Below are positions 62,770 to 64,000 of a DNA stretch of 64,000 nucleotides, one piece after another (position 1 is the first letter of the stretch; every line of letters begins with the position of its first letter). The DNA is taken from NCBI GenBank assembly GCA_036172245.1, contig JAYWIR010000016.1, positions 3,720,001 through 3,784,000 on the forward strand. Reading direction: 5' to 3'. The notes under the pieces are model-generated. The model was not told the DNA's origin, made no database searches, and worked only from the letters and a program-made list of their open reading frames with translations. The stretch is from Raillietiella orientalis. Its lineage: Eukaryota. A program made the position numbers and the translations under genes.

Positions 62770-64000
62770 CTGGAAGCACACCGCCATCATCCCCCGCGTG
62801 CCCCTCAAAGCGTGCCTCTGGACCTCGGCGGATCTACGCGGCGCCCAAAGCTGCCGCCGAGCCCGGGTCTCGCGGTGGGAGAGCGCGCGGGACTTTCCAG
62901 GAGGGCGCCCTTTTGCACCTGAAGCCAGCGTGCCGAACGTCGGGAGCGGCTGTTTGGCCCGGACGCCCGCAGCGCATCCTCCACCGCCGCCTCCATCTGC
63001 TTTCTGCGGTGCCAAGACGGCGCTGAGCCACTATGTAGGCGAGGGGCGAGGGAGGGATGGTGCTGACGTGTCGCTTGCGCTCCTTCCCCTCCGACCCCCT
63101 TTCCCTGGAGCTGCATCGGCTCGCGTCCGGTGAGGCTCTCAACGGGCGCCGCAGCCGTCCTCTCCGTTTCTCTTCGCTCGCTTCTGGTAGCTTCCTGCCT
63201 CCCTCACACCTTGCCGAAGTCCTCGGGGGTCCGGGTCGCGTGAGAGTACTCGGGAGAGGCGAACCGTCCCCGACATCGCGCGCGTCCCATCGGCCGAAGA
63301 AGTCCCTTCGTGGGAGGAGGAGGGATTGATGCTACGCGCTCTTGGCGCGCCCGGACGCCGAAGAAACCCTTCGGCCTTCCCCGTGGAGAGGGGATGGGGA
63401 TGGTGCCTAGACCAAGCCTTCCTGCTTCTCCCTTCGTACCCCTTTTTCCTCCCTTCGCTCACCCACACTCCGCCCCCCTCTTCGCAAAACCCTAAGAAAG
63501 AGAGGAAGAAGGCGGGGCAGTCCTCGGAAGGCGTGCCCAGGCACTTTGGTGCCCGGAAGAAGGAGCAGGAAGAGACTCCCTCAATCTCGTCGTCCCAGGT
63601 GCAGTTGGCGGCCCGCTTTCCCTCTAGGGGTGTCCGTCCCCTCGTTTGGACCCGCTCCCCTTCGAACGGGAAGGGGAGCAGGCGGACAGTTCCGAACGGT
63701 CTGTGATGTCCTCACCCGAGGGTGGGGCTGGAGGGTACCTCCCGAAGCTGTGGACTCCCTTCGCTCCGTTCCATCTGCAACTCGCGGCCTCCTTGCTGGG
63801 CGCTCAGGGCATCCGCGCGTCTCCATCCCGTCTGCTCCCTCCATCTAGCGGCGTGGCGAAAATGAGTGCGAGTTCGCCTCGGTTCCCCTCGGCGTCGTCT
63901 CGACCAGCCGCGCGTACCGAGGGAAGGAACTGCCTACCGCTCTCTCTCGCTACCCCTCTCTCCCCGTCCGACTGTTCCTCCTCTGAGTGGGGAAGAGGCA

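Overview
This is animal (bilaterian, probably invertebrate) nuclear DNA, not prokaryotic. It is mostly very GC- and CpG-rich, with one AT-rich island (~10.2-16.1 kb). I reconstructed spliced genes by hand using GT-AG introns, many of them only 43-58 nt. (1) A divergent ammonium transporter (Amt, minus strand, 3091-6039, 6 exons) whose second pore histidine appears to be replaced by Asn. (2) An unnamed Ser/Pro-rich gene with a 14-aa tandem repeat inside the AT-rich island (plus strand, to 15255). (3) A CFAP100/CCDC37-CCDC38-family gene (minus strand, 15399-28676, 11 exons, 584 aa). (4) AMDHD1 imidazolonepropionase (plus strand, 50970-58626, 7 exons, 446 aa). (5) The last four coding exons of Wnt16 (minus strand, 60881-62769). 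Large introns and the 22-kb gap between CFAP100 and AMDHD1 are filled with decayed L1/Tx1-type LINE copies in both orientations. Most ORFs in the supplied track are GC-rich shadow ORFs. The strongest leads are: an apparently perfect 850-bp inverted copy with a 6-bp GCGTGA junction signature; a conserved AATAAA+hairpin LINE 3' end with no poly(A) tail; the non-canonical Amt pore; the head-to-head CCDC37/38-AMDHD1 pair matching the human arrangement; a CpG-depleted gene body; and a candidate antisense gene nested in a CFAP100 intron. All gene models and homologies were read by eye. No database search was run.
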